A stretch of 64,000 nt of DNA from an uncultured Clostridia bacterium (GCA_934747775.1 CAKVHA010000005.1:3505-67504), one strand, 5' to 3'. Shown: positions 45,646 through 56,938, counted from the stretch's first letter. The notes: generated from the sequence alone by a model not told the origin. Numbers and translations: made by a program.

Positions 45646-46601
45646 ACAAAAACTGTAAAAAGCAGCGCAATTAAAACTGAAATTATGGTTTGAGTTATTT
45701 TAGATTTAATAAAAAACCAAGTAGAAATATTAAAGCGTTTTAAAAAAGTTAACGCTTGCATTATTATTGATATTCCACCAAAACTTATTAGCCCAGTGCA
45801 AAACACTAGGGCTTTTTTGCGGCTTAACCCCAACACGCTAAGGTCAAGACACCCGCGAGTAACTTCTATAATTCCATTTGTGATAGCTCGCGTAGTGCTT
45901 ATGTTGGAGTGGGTGATAAGTGCTAAAAAACTATTTAGTGGATATAACAAGTTGTATCTATTTATCATATTAATTATCATAAAAAAAACAACAATATACC
46001 CGCCCACAATTAACACGCTTTTTATTGCACCATACATTGTGTCTTCTAACACATTCTTGCGTTTTATTGAAGTAATTAAAATTTCAGGCTGCTTTTCTAA
46101 AAAAGTGTTGCGATATAATATTCCGTTTATAAACGCACCTAAAATATGGCACAATAAAATAAGATATCCTAATTTTGAGCTGTCAAACATATTTGCCCCA
46201 ACTGTGCCAACAATAAATAAAGGTCCGCTTGTGGAAGTAAATGTTGTTGTTTTGCTGGCTTGTCCTTTGCTTAAAACACCTTTTTCGTATAGCTCCGCTG
46301 TTATTTTTGCGCCAACAGGGTAGCCAGATATTATGCTCATAGCAAATATATAGCCAGAAATTCCGCTTGTTTTGTATAACTTTTTTGTTAGTGGCGAAAA
46401 GGCGTTTCCAAGTTTTAAAATTAACCCCAGTTCGCTAAGTAGGCTTGTTAGAAAGAAAAATGGGAATAGTGCAGGCATAATAGACTTTGCCCACAACATA
46501 GTTCCGTCCAAACACGACGCAATATTTTGTTTTGGGTTTACAATAATAAGTGCAATAACGGATAATATAAATAAGGATAAAAATATTTTTTTCTTGCTCA
46601 T
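45642..46601 (-). CDS. ylbJ: YlbJ-like sporulation integral membrane protein (nucleoside-recognition/Gate domain)
   Basis: Polytopic membrane protein next to ylbK and ylbM homologues, as in B. subtilis. Confidence 0.55.
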   Translation of the reverse strand: MSKKKIFLSLFILSVIALIIVNPKQNIASCLDGTMLWAKSIMPALFPFFFLTSLLSELGLILKLGNAFSPLTKKLYKTSGISGYIFAMSIISGYPVGAKITAELYEKGVLSKGQASKTTTFTSTSGPLFIVGTVGANMFDSSKLGYLILLCHILGAFINGILYRNTFLEKQPEILITSIKRKNVLEDTMYGAIKSVLIVGGYIVVFFMIINMINRYNLLYPLNSFLALITHSNISTTRAITNGIIEVTRGCLDLSVLGLSRKKALVFCTGLISFGGISIIMQALTFLKRFNISTWFFIKSKITQTIISVLIALLFTVFV

Positions 46602-46660
46602 TTGTTTCCTTTGACTTTGCTTTTTTAATGTTATATTATATTACATATAAGGAGTAGATT

Positions 46661-47449
46661 ATGAAAAAACGACCTAAAATAGCTTTGGTTTTGGGGGGCG
46701 GTGGCGCATTAGGTTTTGCGCACATTGGAGTCGTGGAACAGCTTCAAAAAAACCATATTCCAATAGATATGATTGTTGGCACAAGTATGGGTGCAATTGT
46801 TGGTGGTGCGGTTGCAAGCGGAGTGAGTGTGAAAACCCTAAAAGAGTTTTCAAAAAGCCTAAAAACTCGTCACCTGTACGATGTTAACCTTAATTTTAAA
46901 GGTCTTTTTTCTGGTAGAGCCGCAGTTAGAACTTTAAAAAAAGTTATTCCAGACATAGATTGTAGCGAAACAAAAATTCCGTTTTACTGCAATGCTGTGG
47001 ACTTGTATAGCTGTCAAGAAGTTGTTTTAAATAAAGGCTCGCTTATTAAAAACATTAGGGCATCAATGAGTTGTCCGGGAGTTTTCACGCCAGTAAAATA
47101 CGGCAAAATGTTGTTGGTTGACGGTGGAGTGGTTAACAACCTTGCTCACGATATTGCCCGCAAAAATGGCGCGGATATAATAATTGCAGTAGACGTGGTT
47201 ACAAAAACAAACTTGAGTACAAAAATTAAAGGTATTGTGGGCTATGTGGTTCAGTCGTGGCTAATATCGCAAAAAGAACTTCAAGCAAACAAACGCAAGT
47301 TTTATAATGTTATAATTCAGCCCGAACTTGGCGAAAACACTCAGTACAATTTTAATGGCGACATTACAGAAAAAATCATAGAGCTTGGTGCAAAAGCGTG
47401 CAAAGAAAAAATCCCTAAAATCAAGGAATTGATTTCTGATTTTAGATAA
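46661..47449 (+). CDS. Patatin-like phospholipase (YlbK-like)
   Basis: GGGGALGFAHIGV, nucleophile GTSMGA, and DGG. Confidence 0.85.
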   Translation: MKKRPKIALVLGGGGALGFAHIGVVEQLQKNHIPIDMIVGTSMGAIVGGAVASGVSVKTLKEFSKSLKTRHLYDVNLNFKGLFSGRAAVRTLKKVIPDIDCSETKIPFYCNAVDLYSCQEVVLNKGSLIKNIRASMSCPGVFTPVKYGKMLLVDGGVVNNLAHDIARKNGADIIIAVDVVTKTNLSTKIKGIVGYVVQSWLISQKELQANKRKFYNVIIQPELGENTQYNFNGDITEKIIELGAKACKEKIPKIKELISDFR

Positions 47450-47469
47450 AAAGTAGGCGTATATTGAAA

Positions 47470-47501
47470 CAAAAAAAGTGCTTTAATTTAAGCACTTTTT
47501 T
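47470..47501. terminator. Bidirectional terminator
   Basis: A7, hairpin aagtgctt-taattt-aagcactt, T-run. Confidence 0.85.
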
Positions 47502-47535
47502 GTTTTTTTATATTTAACTAATATGTTTTATTTAA

Positions 47536-48789
47536 TTAATATTTTATTGTTTTTGTTAAAAGGTCTGGTGCATATTTTGGCACAATTTTAGACTTTTTAA
47601 GAAGTAGGTTGTATACAGCATTTGCGCGGTCTTCAATGTCGGCAAGTTCTTTGTAGAATGCCGATGGATTTTTAACAACATTGCTGTTTCTAATAATAAG
47701 GTCAGTGTTTGCACTAACTTCCGCAAGCAAATCTTGATTTTCGCCGTTAAAGCCAAGCACTTTAATATAAGGAAGTTTGTCTATTTTGTAAATCTTTTCA
47801 ATTGAATCCTTATTAATATTTAATAGCAGCCTTAACACAATTCGTTTAAGACGAGTGTAGGTATAGCGTTTTGATTTAACTTCTAGCAAAACTTCGTTTA
47901 ACACCTTTTTGTCTTTTACACAATCAATAAATCTGTTTTCTAGCCCCTCGCTAACATCATAAATATTTTTAATTTGTTCTGCGCTTGCGGTTTTTAAAAC
48001 GAACATACATAGGTCGTTAAAAAGTTCGTGGTCGGGTAGACCAAAGTCGTCTACGCACGATTTTAGTAGTTTGTAACTCGATTTTGGCATTAAGCGTTTT
48101 ACTCTGCGTGGTTTTCCGGTTTTTAGCAAACGCATTCTAATTGCTGTGGCAGAAGTGTCTTTTCCGTTTATGTCTTCGCTGTGATATTCGCTGCATTCGC
48201 GTTGAACAAACACAGGTTCAATGCTGCTGCCAGTTTTTATAAGCGCTTTTAAGTACTCAATTGCTAAAATGTTGTTTGGTTTTTGCAGAGCATCAATTGT
48301 ATCGGTTATGTTGGAAAAATTAACTTTTTCTTCCTTAACTAATTGCTCAATTGTTTTTTGACGGCTTACAACAAGCGAGTAGCCTTCGTCCAAATACGAT
48401 TTTAATGTTTGTTTGTATTCTTCTGGTTCATTTGCTAAATAGCTTGCAATTTCCTTTAAAAGTTCAAAGTTTTTGCTTTCGCAACCAAAAGCCAAGTGTG
48501 TTACGTTTATAAACGAGTTTGCAATTTTAACACCAGCAGTTGCATAAATCTCGGCAGAAGAGCAGGCGTATGCGGTTGGCATTTGCACAACAATATCCGC
48601 ACCACCGCTAAGTGCCATACTAGCACGCACATATTTGTCTACAATGCTAGGCTCGCCACGTTGAGTAAAATTTCCACTTAAAATACATAATACAGCATCA
48701 CAGCCCGATAGTTCTTTTGCTTTTTGAATGTGATATAAATGTCCAAAATGGAAAGGGTTATATTCACAGATTATTGCACAAATTTTCAT
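47536..48789 (-). CDS. tmcAL: tRNA(Met) cytidine acetate ligase (YlbM family nucleotidyltransferase)
   Basis: MKICAIICEYNPFHFGHLYHIQKAKE. Confidence 0.85.
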   Translation of the reverse strand: MKICAIICEYNPFHFGHLYHIQKAKELSGCDAVLCILSGNFTQRGEPSIVDKYVRASMALSGGADIVVQMPTAYACSSAEIYATAGVKIANSFINVTHLAFGCESKNFELLKEIASYLANEPEEYKQTLKSYLDEGYSLVVSRQKTIEQLVKEEKVNFSNITDTIDALQKPNNILAIEYLKALIKTGSSIEPVFVQRECSEYHSEDINGKDTSATAIRMRLLKTGKPRRVKRLMPKSSYKLLKSCVDDFGLPDHELFNDLCMFVLKTASAEQIKNIYDVSEGLENRFIDCVKDKKVLNEVLLEVKSKRYTYTRLKRIVLRLLLNINKDSIEKIYKIDKLPYIKVLGFNGENQDLLAEVSANTDLIIRNSNVVKNPSAFYKELADIEDRANAVYNLLLKKSKIVPKYAPDLLTKTIKY

Positions 48790-48916
48790 AATTACACCTA
48801 TTGTTTTCTTTACTTTTTATTTCAAATATTATATTATAAAATTGAATTTTGCATAACTATTATATAATAAAAATGATTGTGATGCAATCAAAATTTTATA
48901 AAATGGAGTTAAGTTG

Positions 48917-49888
48917 ATGAATTTTGAAAAAAATTGGATAAAAAAAGCCACTACACTTAACAAAACTATTGTTTTGCCCGAAGCGGAAATTAGCCCAAGA
49001 GTGCTAGAAGCAGGCTTAAAAGCTGCCAAAACTAAACTATGCAATGTTGTGTTTTTAACAACAAAACCTAATAGTTTAAAACAATATGACGGTTTAAATG
49101 GAATTAAAGTTGTGAATATTAAAAATCACGAATTAACACCAATCGTTATAAACGCGTATTTTTTAAAACGCCAACACAAAGGGATGACCCCCGAACAAGC
49201 CAAAATTGATATGACTACCGACCCATATTTGTACGGCGCAATGATGGTTGACTTAGGCTTAGTTGACGGAATGGTGGGCGGAGCAGAAGCGCCAAGTGCA
49301 AAAATGTTTAGTTCCGCATTCAAAACTGTTAAGGCAAAAGACGGCAAAAAGGCAAGCAGCTTTTTTATTTTTGTTCCAACCAAAAAAGACCAAAAACTTT
49401 ATGTAATTGCCGACGGTGGAGTTATTTTAAATCCAACAGCCGACGAACTTGCCGACATTACTTGTGATACAGTAAATAGTTTTAAGACCCTTATTGGTGA
49501 CAACCCAAAAGTTGCACTTTTAAGCTATTCCACAAAGGGCAGTGCAGGCGGCGAGAGTGCCGAAAAGGTTGTGGCAGCATACGAAATATTAAGGCAGAAA
49601 AAAGTCAAGTTTGTGTTTGACGGCGAACTTCAATTAGACGCCGCAATCGTGCCAGAAGTTGCAGCAAAAAAGTGTCCTAAGTCGCCTGTTAAGGGCGAAG
49701 CTAACGTGCTAATTTTTCCAGACCTTCAAAGTGGAAACATTGGCTACAAACTTATCCAACGTTTTGGCGGATACAAAGCAATAGGACCATTAATTCAAGG
49801 GCTTAATAAACCAATTAACGACCTTAGTCGTGGTGCAACTGTGGACGAAATAATTGTTGCAATTGCCATAACAATATTGCAAAATTAA
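48917..49888 (+). CDS. pta: Phosphate acetyltransferase
   Basis: Full-length Pta-like sequence (KTIVLPEAE...SRGATVDEIIVAIAIT). ATG at 48917, 8 nt after GGAG. Confidence 0.92.
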   Translation: MNFEKNWIKKATTLNKTIVLPEAEISPRVLEAGLKAAKTKLCNVVFLTTKPNSLKQYDGLNGIKVVNIKNHELTPIVINAYFLKRQHKGMTPEQAKIDMTTDPYLYGAMMVDLGLVDGMVGGAEAPSAKMFSSAFKTVKAKDGKKASSFFIFVPTKKDQKLYVIADGGVILNPTADELADITCDTVNSFKTLIGDNPKVALLSYSTKGSAGGESAEKVVAAYEILRQKKVKFVFDGELQLDAAIVPEVAAKKCPKSPVKGEANVLIFPDLQSGNIGYKLIQRFGGYKAIGPLIQGLNKPINDLSRGATVDEIIVAIAITILQN

Positions 49889-49950
49889 TTGCAATTTAGG
49901 GCGATTTAAAGTATAATATGGTTAATTTTATTATTAATTAAGGAGTTTAT

Positions 49951-51147
49951 ATGAAAATTTTAGTTTTAAACGCTGGTAGCAGCACGCTAAAGTTCCAACT
50001 TATTAATATGTCAAATAAAAAAGTTTTGGCAAAAGGTAATGTTGAAAGAATAGGCGAAGCTACTCCATTTTTAAAGTACAAAGCTAATGGAAAAGAGTAT
50101 TCTTGGAATGGTGATATTCCTAATCACACTGTTGCAATGAAAATGGTGTTAGACAAACTTACAGATAAAGAAGTTGGCGTTGTAACAAATCTTAGTGAAA
50201 TAGACGGGTTTGGTCACCGCGTTGTTAATGTTGGCGACAAGTATTTTGACCCTTGCCTAATCACCCCAGAAGTTTTGCAATATTTTAAGGATCATTCCGA
50301 TTTTTCACCACTTCACGTTCCAGCATCAATTTGTGGAATTGAAGGCGCTATGAATGCTAGCCCAAGCACACCTAATGTTGCTGTGTTTGACGTTGGCTTC
50401 CACAAAACAATGCCTAAATACGCATATATGTATGCAATTCCTAAAAAATACTACGAAAAATATCAAATTCGTAGATATGGCGGTCACGGAACTAGCCACT
50501 ATTATGTTGCAAACGAATGCGCTAAAATGCTAGGCGTAAACATTAAAAATACAAAAATTATTACTTGTCACCTAGGCGGTGGCGCAAGCATTACAGCTGT
50601 TAAAGGCGGCAAATGTATTGATACATCTATGGGCTTTACACCACTTGAAGGTGTTATTATGAACACTCGTAGTGGCGACTTAGACCCAGCAGTTGTAGAG
50701 TATCTATGTAATAAAGAAGGCAAAACACCAAGTGAAATTATTAAAATGCTTAACAAAGAAAGTGGCTTACTTGGTCTAACAAACGGCAGAATGGCAGATA
50801 TGCGTGACATTACTGCAAACTTAGACGACGAAGAAATTAAGCTAGCATTTGAAACATATTGCTACCGCATTAAAAAATACATTGGCGCTTATGCTGCAGC
50901 ATTAGACGGTGTAGATGCAATTGTATTTACAGCTGGTTGTGGCGAACACACTCCAGAACTAAGAGAACTTGTTTGTTCGGGTTTAAACTACTTGGGTGTT
51001 AAGGTTGATAAAAAACGCAACTGGAATATTCCTAGGGGAGAAGCTAGTGAGATTAGTGCAAAAAGCAGCAAGGTTAAAGTTTTTGTAATTCCTACAGATG
51101 AAGAAATGGTTATTGCAAAAGAAACACAAAAATTGTTGAAAAAATAA
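49951..51147 (+). CDS. ackA: Acetate kinase
   Basis: MKILVLNAGSSTLKFQL...GFGHRVV...IPTDEEMVIA. Confidence 0.95.
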   Translation: MKILVLNAGSSTLKFQLINMSNKKVLAKGNVERIGEATPFLKYKANGKEYSWNGDIPNHTVAMKMVLDKLTDKEVGVVTNLSEIDGFGHRVVNVGDKYFDPCLITPEVLQYFKDHSDFSPLHVPASICGIEGAMNASPSTPNVAVFDVGFHKTMPKYAYMYAIPKKYYEKYQIRRYGGHGTSHYYVANECAKMLGVNIKNTKIITCHLGGGASITAVKGGKCIDTSMGFTPLEGVIMNTRSGDLDPAVVEYLCNKEGKTPSEIIKMLNKESGLLGLTNGRMADMRDITANLDDEEIKLAFETYCYRIKKYIGAYAAALDGVDAIVFTAGCGEHTPELRELVCSGLNYLGVKVDKKRNWNIPRGEASEISAKSSKVKVFVIPTDEEMVIAKETQKLLKK

Positions 51148-51221
51148 AAATAGTGATTGACAAACACTAAATATTACTATATAATTGTAAAGCAAAAATA
51201 AAATTAGGAGGTGCGTAAACG

Positions 51222-51425
51222 ATGATAGCACCAAAGGGCAAAATTTCAAAAGCAAGAAGAAATTCAAGAAAAGCAAACTGGAAGATTTCTACACCTTCTA
51301 TTTCTGAATGTCCTCATTGCCACGAGCTTAAAGCAAACCACAGAGTTTGTAAAAACTGTGGTTACTATGATGGCGAACAAAAAGTTGTTGTTGAAAAAGA
51401 CAAAGCTAAAAACGAAACCAAATAG
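51222..51425 (+). CDS. rpmF: 50S ribosomal protein L32
   Basis: KGKISKARRNSRKANWK and CPHCHELKANHRVCKNCGYY zinc ribbon. AGGAGG RBS. Confidence 0.9.
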   Translation: MIAPKGKISKARRNSRKANWKISTPSISECPHCHELKANHRVCKNCGYYDGEQKVVVEKDKAKNETK

Positions 51426-51445
51426 TAATAAAGGTTTTTTAAATA

Positions 51446-51478
51446 AAATCCGCTTAAATTTTTATGGCGGATTTTTTT
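51446..51478 (+). terminator. Rho-independent terminator
   Basis: Hairpin aatccgc/gcggatt followed by T7. Confidence 0.6.
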
Positions 51479-51576
51479 ATTGTATTTGTTTTGTGTTTTT
51501 AAGGTTTTATGATAGTATATAATTAAATAATGTGTGCTAAATGCACATAAATTAGACAATTTTTAAGGATGAAAAA

Positions 51577-52602
51577 ATGTATAAATTAATTTTAGATTGT
51601 ATGGGTGGCGACCATTCACCTTTTGCTCAGGTTGAAGGTGCAGTTGTTGCTGTTAATAACGATAAAAACTTGCATATTGTTTTGGTGGGCGATAAGGAAC
51701 AAATTATGCAGGCGTTGGCTGATAAAAAATATCACGCGGAACAAATTTCTATTATGCACGCTAGTGAGATTATTTCAAACGACGATGTTCCTACGGTTGC
51801 AATAAAACAAAAAACCGATAGTTCGCTTGTTGTGGCACTAAATGAACTTAGAACCAACGACGAGATTGTGGGCATTGTTAGTACAGGTTCAACTGGTGCA
51901 GTGCTTACTGGCGGATTTTTAAAAATTGGCAGATTAAAGGGTGTTAGCCGTCCTGCGCTTTGCCCAATTTTGCCTACAATTAAAGGCGGAATTGTTGCGC
52001 TTTGCGATAGCGGAGCAAATGTGGATTGCAAACCTATTAACTTGGTACATTTCGCTGTTATGGCAAGTGCATATATGCAAAAAGTGTATGGGGTAGAAAA
52101 TCCACGCGTTGGGTTACTTAGTGTTGGAGTGGAAGACCATAAAGGCAACGAACTTACAAAACAAGTTTTTCAAATGTTGAAGGAGCAAAAAGACATTAAT
52201 TTTGTTGGCAATATGGAAGCGCGCGATATGTTAAGTGGCGATTATGACGTTATTGTTGCCGACGGCTTTAATGGAAACATTGCTCTAAAGAGTGCAGAAG
52301 GCGCTATTATGAGCGTGCTTAAATTATTAAAACAGGGTATTAAAAGTTCGTTTTTTAGCAAAATTGGCTATTTGTTTATGAAAAAAACATTTAAAAACTT
52401 AAAATCTACAATGGATTACAACAACAATGGAGGAGCAGTACTTTTAGGTTGTAAAAAGATTGTTGTTAAGGGGCACGGCGCAAGCAAGCCTACTAGTGTG
52501 CGCATTTGTATTGAACAAGCAGTTAGAATGTACAAATCCGATTTGTGCAGTTGCATAGAAACCGAAATTGGAAATGTAAAAGTGGACGAAAACAATGATT
52601 AA
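51577..52602 (+). CDS. plsX: Phosphate acyltransferase PlsX
   Basis: LDCMGGDHSP and full-length similarity. Confidence 0.93.
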   Translation: MYKLILDCMGGDHSPFAQVEGAVVAVNNDKNLHIVLVGDKEQIMQALADKKYHAEQISIMHASEIISNDDVPTVAIKQKTDSSLVVALNELRTNDEIVGIVSTGSTGAVLTGGFLKIGRLKGVSRPALCPILPTIKGGIVALCDSGANVDCKPINLVHFAVMASAYMQKVYGVENPRVGLLSVGVEDHKGNELTKQVFQMLKEQKDINFVGNMEARDMLSGDYDVIVADGFNGNIALKSAEGAIMSVLKLLKQGIKSSFFSKIGYLFMKKTFKNLKSTMDYNNNGGAVLLGCKKIVVKGHGASKPTSVRICIEQAVRMYKSDLCSCIETEIGNVKVDENND

Positions 52603-53257
52603 TCTTGGTTATGAATTTAAGGATAAGTCACTACTTGATGCCGCACTAACTCACCTTAGTTATGCCAACGAAACAGACACGGAAAGCTATGAAAGGCTAG
52701 AGTTTTTGGGTGATAGCGTTTTGCAAATAGTAGTAAGTGAGTACTTATACAATAATTTTAAAGACAAGTCTAGTGGCGAACTTAGCAAATTTAGGTCGCA
52801 TCTTGTTTCCACAAAAAACTTGTGTGCAATATCTAAAAAATTAAAACTAGATACCGCTTGTAAATTTGGCAGGGCGGTTAAAAGCGTTAGCGATGGCGTA
52901 GAAGCCGATTTGTTTGAAAGTGTGCTAGGTGCTATTTATCTTGACGGCGGAATTGTTCCCGCTAAGGCGTTTGTTGATAATAATGTTATTATTTCATTTG
53001 AAAATGTTGTAAAAGTTATTGAAAATGACTACGATTACAAAACCGCATTACAAGAAAAATTGCAAGCACTTGCAGACAAACCAAGTATAGAGTATAGGTT
53101 AATTAGTTCGGAACAAAAAAACAACGAAACTCATTTTACAATTACTCTTTTTATAAATGGCAAGGAAGTTAGCACTTGCACCGATTTTTCTAAAAGAATG
53201 TGTGAAAAAAAACTTTCGAAATATGCTATAGACAACTTTAATACCCTTAAAATTTAA
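52595..53257 (+). CDS. rnc: Ribonuclease III
   Basis: ERLEFLGDSVL signature and a C-terminal dsRBD. Confidence 0.93.
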   Translation: MINLGYEFKDKSLLDAALTHLSYANETDTESYERLEFLGDSVLQIVVSEYLYNNFKDKSSGELSKFRSHLVSTKNLCAISKKLKLDTACKFGRAVKSVSDGVEADLFESVLGAIYLDGGIVPAKAFVDNNVIISFENVVKVIENDYDYKTALQEKLQALADKPSIEYRLISSEQKNNETHFTITLFINGKEVSTCTDFSKRMCEKKLSKYAIDNFNTLKI

Positions 53258-53266
53258 AGTAACTTT

Positions 53267-53292
53267 AACCCTATTAAAATAGGGTTTTTTAT
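53267..53292 (+). terminator. Rho-independent terminator
   Basis: Hairpin aacccta/tagggtt followed by a T-run. Confidence 0.75.
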
Positions 53293-53362
53293 TTTTTTGT
53301 TTGTTAATTTTTTTATAATATGATATACTTAGTTTGAAAAAATATTTTAAGGATTATTTACT

Positions 53363-56300
53363 ATGAATTTTAAGCAATTAGAGATGGTTGGATTTAAATC
53401 TTTTGCCGACCCAATTAAGCTAACTTTTAGCGACGGAATTACAGCAATTGTAGGCCCAAATGGCTGCGGCAAAAGTAATGTTGCCGATGCTATTCGTTGG
53501 GTTTTGGGTGAACAGAGCAGCAAAATGTTGCGTGGCAGCGTTATGCAAGACGTTATTTTTAAAGGAACAGAAAAACGTAAAAGCCTAAGCTTTTGCGAAG
53601 TTTCTTTGTGCTTTGACAACACAAACCGCATTTTTAAAGTAGATTACGATGAAATTGTTATCACTCGTAAACTTTATCGTAGTGGCGACAGTGAATATCT
53701 TATAAACCGCACACCTTGTAGATTAAAGGATATTATTGACTTGCTGCACGATAGCGGAATTGGCAAAAGTGGTTATTCTATAATTGGGCAAGGTAAAGTA
53801 GAAGAGATTATAAATTCAAAACCAGAAGATAGGCGTGCCATCTTTGAAGAAGCAGCGGGGATTTCTAAGTTTAAATTTAAAAAGGTTGAAGCCGAAAGAA
53901 AACTAGCTCGTACACAAGAAAACCTTACAAGAATAAACGACATTATCCAAGAAATAGACAAACAACTTGCACCGCTTAAAAGGCAATCGGAAACGGCAAA
54001 AATATATTTGGATCTAAAAGAAAAACTTAAAGTTTTGGAAATTAATGCCTACATATATCAATACGATTTCGCTAGCGAAAATAAGGCGGCAATTCAGCAA
54101 AAAATAGACGCAATTGTGGAAGAAATGAATTTGCGTCAAACCGACCTAGACGCTACAATAAACGACTACAACGAAACCTTTGATGAGATTAATGGCTTAG
54201 ACGAAAACATTGCAAAAACTCGCGATAAAATTCTAGAACTAACTGTTGGACTAGAAAAACAGACGGGTGAAACCAATTTGATTTTAGAGCGTGCTAAAAA
54301 TATAGAAGCCGAAGTAGATAGGCTTAACGATGAGCTTACAAAACGCGAATCCAAAAAACAAGAACTAACTGAAGCACTTTACAACAACCGTGTATCCACA
54401 GACAACAAAAAAGAAAGACTATACACCCTAAAACATAACGCTAGTGACCTAGAAGATAAGTATAGCAGTGTGTTTAGCGAATTGGAAAGTGGTGAAATGG
54501 CAACCAAAGAAGCGCAAAAACGCTTGTTTGCATCTATTGATAAAATTGGCGATGTTAAGGCGCAAATTTCAGCTTTGCAAGTAGAAAAAACAACATACTT
54601 GAAAGAAATTGACGAACTTAACGATAGTATTAACGAAGCAAAAATTTTGCAAGCATCAAAAGTAAAAGAATACGACGAACACGAAAAGCAAATGAATAGT
54701 TTATACAACGAAAAGGGCAGTATTAAACTAGACCTAGATAATTTGATAGATCGCCAAACAGCAAAATTTAACGAAATTAAATTTACAGAAAATCAAATTA
54801 ATGAGCTTACATCCAACATTTTAAGCCTTACAAACCGCAAAAAACTTTTGCTTGATATGCAAAGGGAATACGAAGGTTTTAATGGTAGTGTTAAAAGATT
54901 ATTGACCGATGCCGAGCAAAATAGAGATTTAAAAAACAAAATTGTGGGCGTGCTTGCAAATCTTATAAAAGTTCCGCAAACCTATCAAACAGCCATTGAA
55001 ATGGCGCTTGGCAATGCGGTTCAAAACATTGTAACTCGCACCGACGAAGAAGCAAAACAACTTATTGCGTACTTAAAGCAAATGGAGTATGGCAGAGTTA
55101 CGTTTTTGCCTATAAACTCAGTAAAACCGCGCTATTTTGACCGCAACTTCACAAGATATTTAAGCAGTAATGGCTGTTTTGGTCTTGCAAGCGACCTAAT
55201 TGAGTACGATAAAAATATCTCAAACATTATTTCAAGTTTGCTAGGCACAACTGCGGTTGTAAACAACATAAACAACGCTGTAAGCCTTGCAAAACAAACG
55301 GGATACGCATTTAGAATTGTAACACTTGAGGGCGAAATTATAAGCCCACAAGGAAGTATTACTGGCGGCAGCAAAAAGTCGCAATTTACTACACTTTTGG
55401 CTCGTGATAACAACATAAAACTTGCCGAAGAGCAGATTTTAAAATTACAATCCGAAAAACAAACAAAACTAAATCAGTACAATGCTTTTAATGAAGAACA
55501 TAAAGAAATATCAAACAAAATTAATGACCTTACAACAAGGTTGCGTGAAACAGAAATAAATTATGCGGCTATTAGTGAAGTTGTTAAAAACGAAAGCGCT
55601 GCAGCTGCAGAAATTGAAGGACGAGTTAATAAGTTTGCCAGCGATTTGGCTAAGGCAAAACAAATGGTTGTTTCAATTGACGGAGAACTAAATAAGCTTT
55701 CTGCTGATCCAGATAACATCAACTTTAGCGAAGTTGTAAGCAGTGATAATAGTCAGTTTGACGACCTTAAAAACAAAAAAGAGAAATTTGCAACCGAACT
55801 TACTTCAATTAAGGTTGAAATTGCAAGTATTGAAAGCGAACTTGTGTCGTTATCGCAAGAAAAAGAAAGATTGGATGCCGAACTTGTGGCTGTAAATAAT
55901 GAAATATCTACTATTGCCCCTGCATTAGAGAAAAACAAACAACAATTGTCCATAATGAAAATTAGCATAAACCATTCGCAAGCTAGCATTCAAACAAACG
56001 AAATTAGTGAAGAACTAACCAAAGAAAAACAAGCGCTTGAAACCTTAAACACAAGCAAAACCGAGTTGCAATCTAAATTGCGCTTGCTAGAAGAGCAACG
56101 TATGAATTTATCGGCAGAAGTTAATAGATTGCAAGATAAAAAGTATCAACAAGACCTAAATCTTACAAAAGTAGACACCGATATTGAAACAATGCAAGAA
56201 CGCGTTTGGACAGAGTATGAAGTAACATATGCTACTGCCGTAGACTACAAACAAGAAATGTTTAACATTAAAGAAGCATTGCCAGAAATTAGTAGATTAA

Positions 56301-56938
56301 AGAAAGAAATTAACAAATTAGGTCACGTAAATGTAAACGCAATAGAAGACTACAAACTTTTGTTGGAACGCCACGGCAGTATGTACGACCAAGCACAAGA
56401 CTTAATTAAAGCCGAAGATGATCTAAAGCAGATTATTAAAGAATTGTCTGCCGAAATGAAAGAGCGTTTTGAAACCGAGTTTACTAAGATTAATGATAAC
56501 TTTGGACGAGTATTCCAAACATTGTTTGGTGGCGGAAAAGCGCGCCTAGAACTAGTAGAAAGCAACGACGTTTTGGAAGCGGGCGTAGATATTATTGCTG
56601 AGCCACCAGGAAAAAAACTAAGCAACATTACATTGCTTAGCGGTGGTGAAAAAGCGCTTACAGCTATTGCAATTTTGTTTGCAATTTTGCAATTAAAACC
56701 AATGCCTTTCTGTTTGCTAGACGAAATTGAAGCGGCTTTGGACGAAGCAAACGTAGAAAGATTTGCAAAATACTTAAAAAATTACTCAAATGAAACACAA
56801 TTTATTGTTATCACCCACAAAAAACCTACTATGGAACACGCCGATGTGTTGTATGGTGTTACCATGGAAGAAAAAGGTGTAAGTAAAATTGTGTCGGTTA
56901 AACTTAGCGAAGCAATTAAAAATGTGGAGAGTAGATAA
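53363..56938 (+). CDS. smc: Chromosome partition protein Smc
   Basis: 1191 aa. Walker A GPNGCGKSN, hinge, LSGGEK signature and Walker B LLDEIEAALD. Confidence 0.95.
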   Translation: MNFKQLEMVGFKSFADPIKLTFSDGITAIVGPNGCGKSNVADAIRWVLGEQSSKMLRGSVMQDVIFKGTEKRKSLSFCEVSLCFDNTNRIFKVDYDEIVITRKLYRSGDSEYLINRTPCRLKDIIDLLHDSGIGKSGYSIIGQGKVEEIINSKPEDRRAIFEEAAGISKFKFKKVEAERKLARTQENLTRINDIIQEIDKQLAPLKRQSETAKIYLDLKEKLKVLEINAYIYQYDFASENKAAIQQKIDAIVEEMNLRQTDLDATINDYNETFDEINGLDENIAKTRDKILELTVGLEKQTGETNLILERAKNIEAEVDRLNDELTKRESKKQELTEALYNNRVSTDNKKERLYTLKHNASDLEDKYSSVFSELESGEMATKEAQKRLFASIDKIGDVKAQISALQVEKTTYLKEIDELNDSINEAKILQASKVKEYDEHEKQMNSLYNEKGSIKLDLDNLIDRQTAKFNEIKFTENQINELTSNILSLTNRKKLLLDMQREYEGFNGSVKRLLTDAEQNRDLKNKIVGVLANLIKVPQTYQTAIEMALGNAVQNIVTRTDEEAKQLIAYLKQMEYGRVTFLPINSVKPRYFDRNFTRYLSSNGCFGLASDLIEYDKNISNIISSLLGTTAVVNNINNAVSLAKQTGYAFRIVTLEGEIISPQGSITGGSKKSQFTTLLARDNNIKLAEEQILKLQSEKQTKLNQYNAFNEEHKEISNKINDLTTRLRETEINYAAISEVVKNESAAAAEIEGRVNKFASDLAKAKQMVVSIDGELNKLSADPDNINFSEVVSSDNSQFDDLKNKKEKFATELTSIKVEIASIESELVSLSQEKERLDAELVAVNNEISTIAPALEKNKQQLSIMKISINHSQASIQTNEISEELTKEKQALETLNTSKTELQSKLRLLEEQRMNLSAEVNRLQDKKYQQDLNLTKVDTDIETMQERVWTEYEVTYATAVDYKQEMFNIKEALPEISRLKKEINKLGHVNVNAIEDYKLLLERHGSMYDQAQDLIKAEDDLKQIIKELSAEMKERFETEFTKINDNFGRVFQTLFGGGKARLELVESNDVLEAGVDIIAEPPGKKLSNITLLSGGEKALTAIAILFAILQLKPMPFCLLDEIEAALDEANVERFAKYLKNYSNETQFIVITHKKPTMEHADVLYGVTMEEKGVSKIVSVKLSEAIKNVESR

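Noticed and set aside
46661-47449. Patatin-like phospholipase considered as a possible CBASS-type defence effector
   Set aside because: It sits in the conserved ylbJ-ylbK-ylbM housekeeping neighbourhood, as in B. subtilis. No cyclase, sensor or other defence partner is adjacent.
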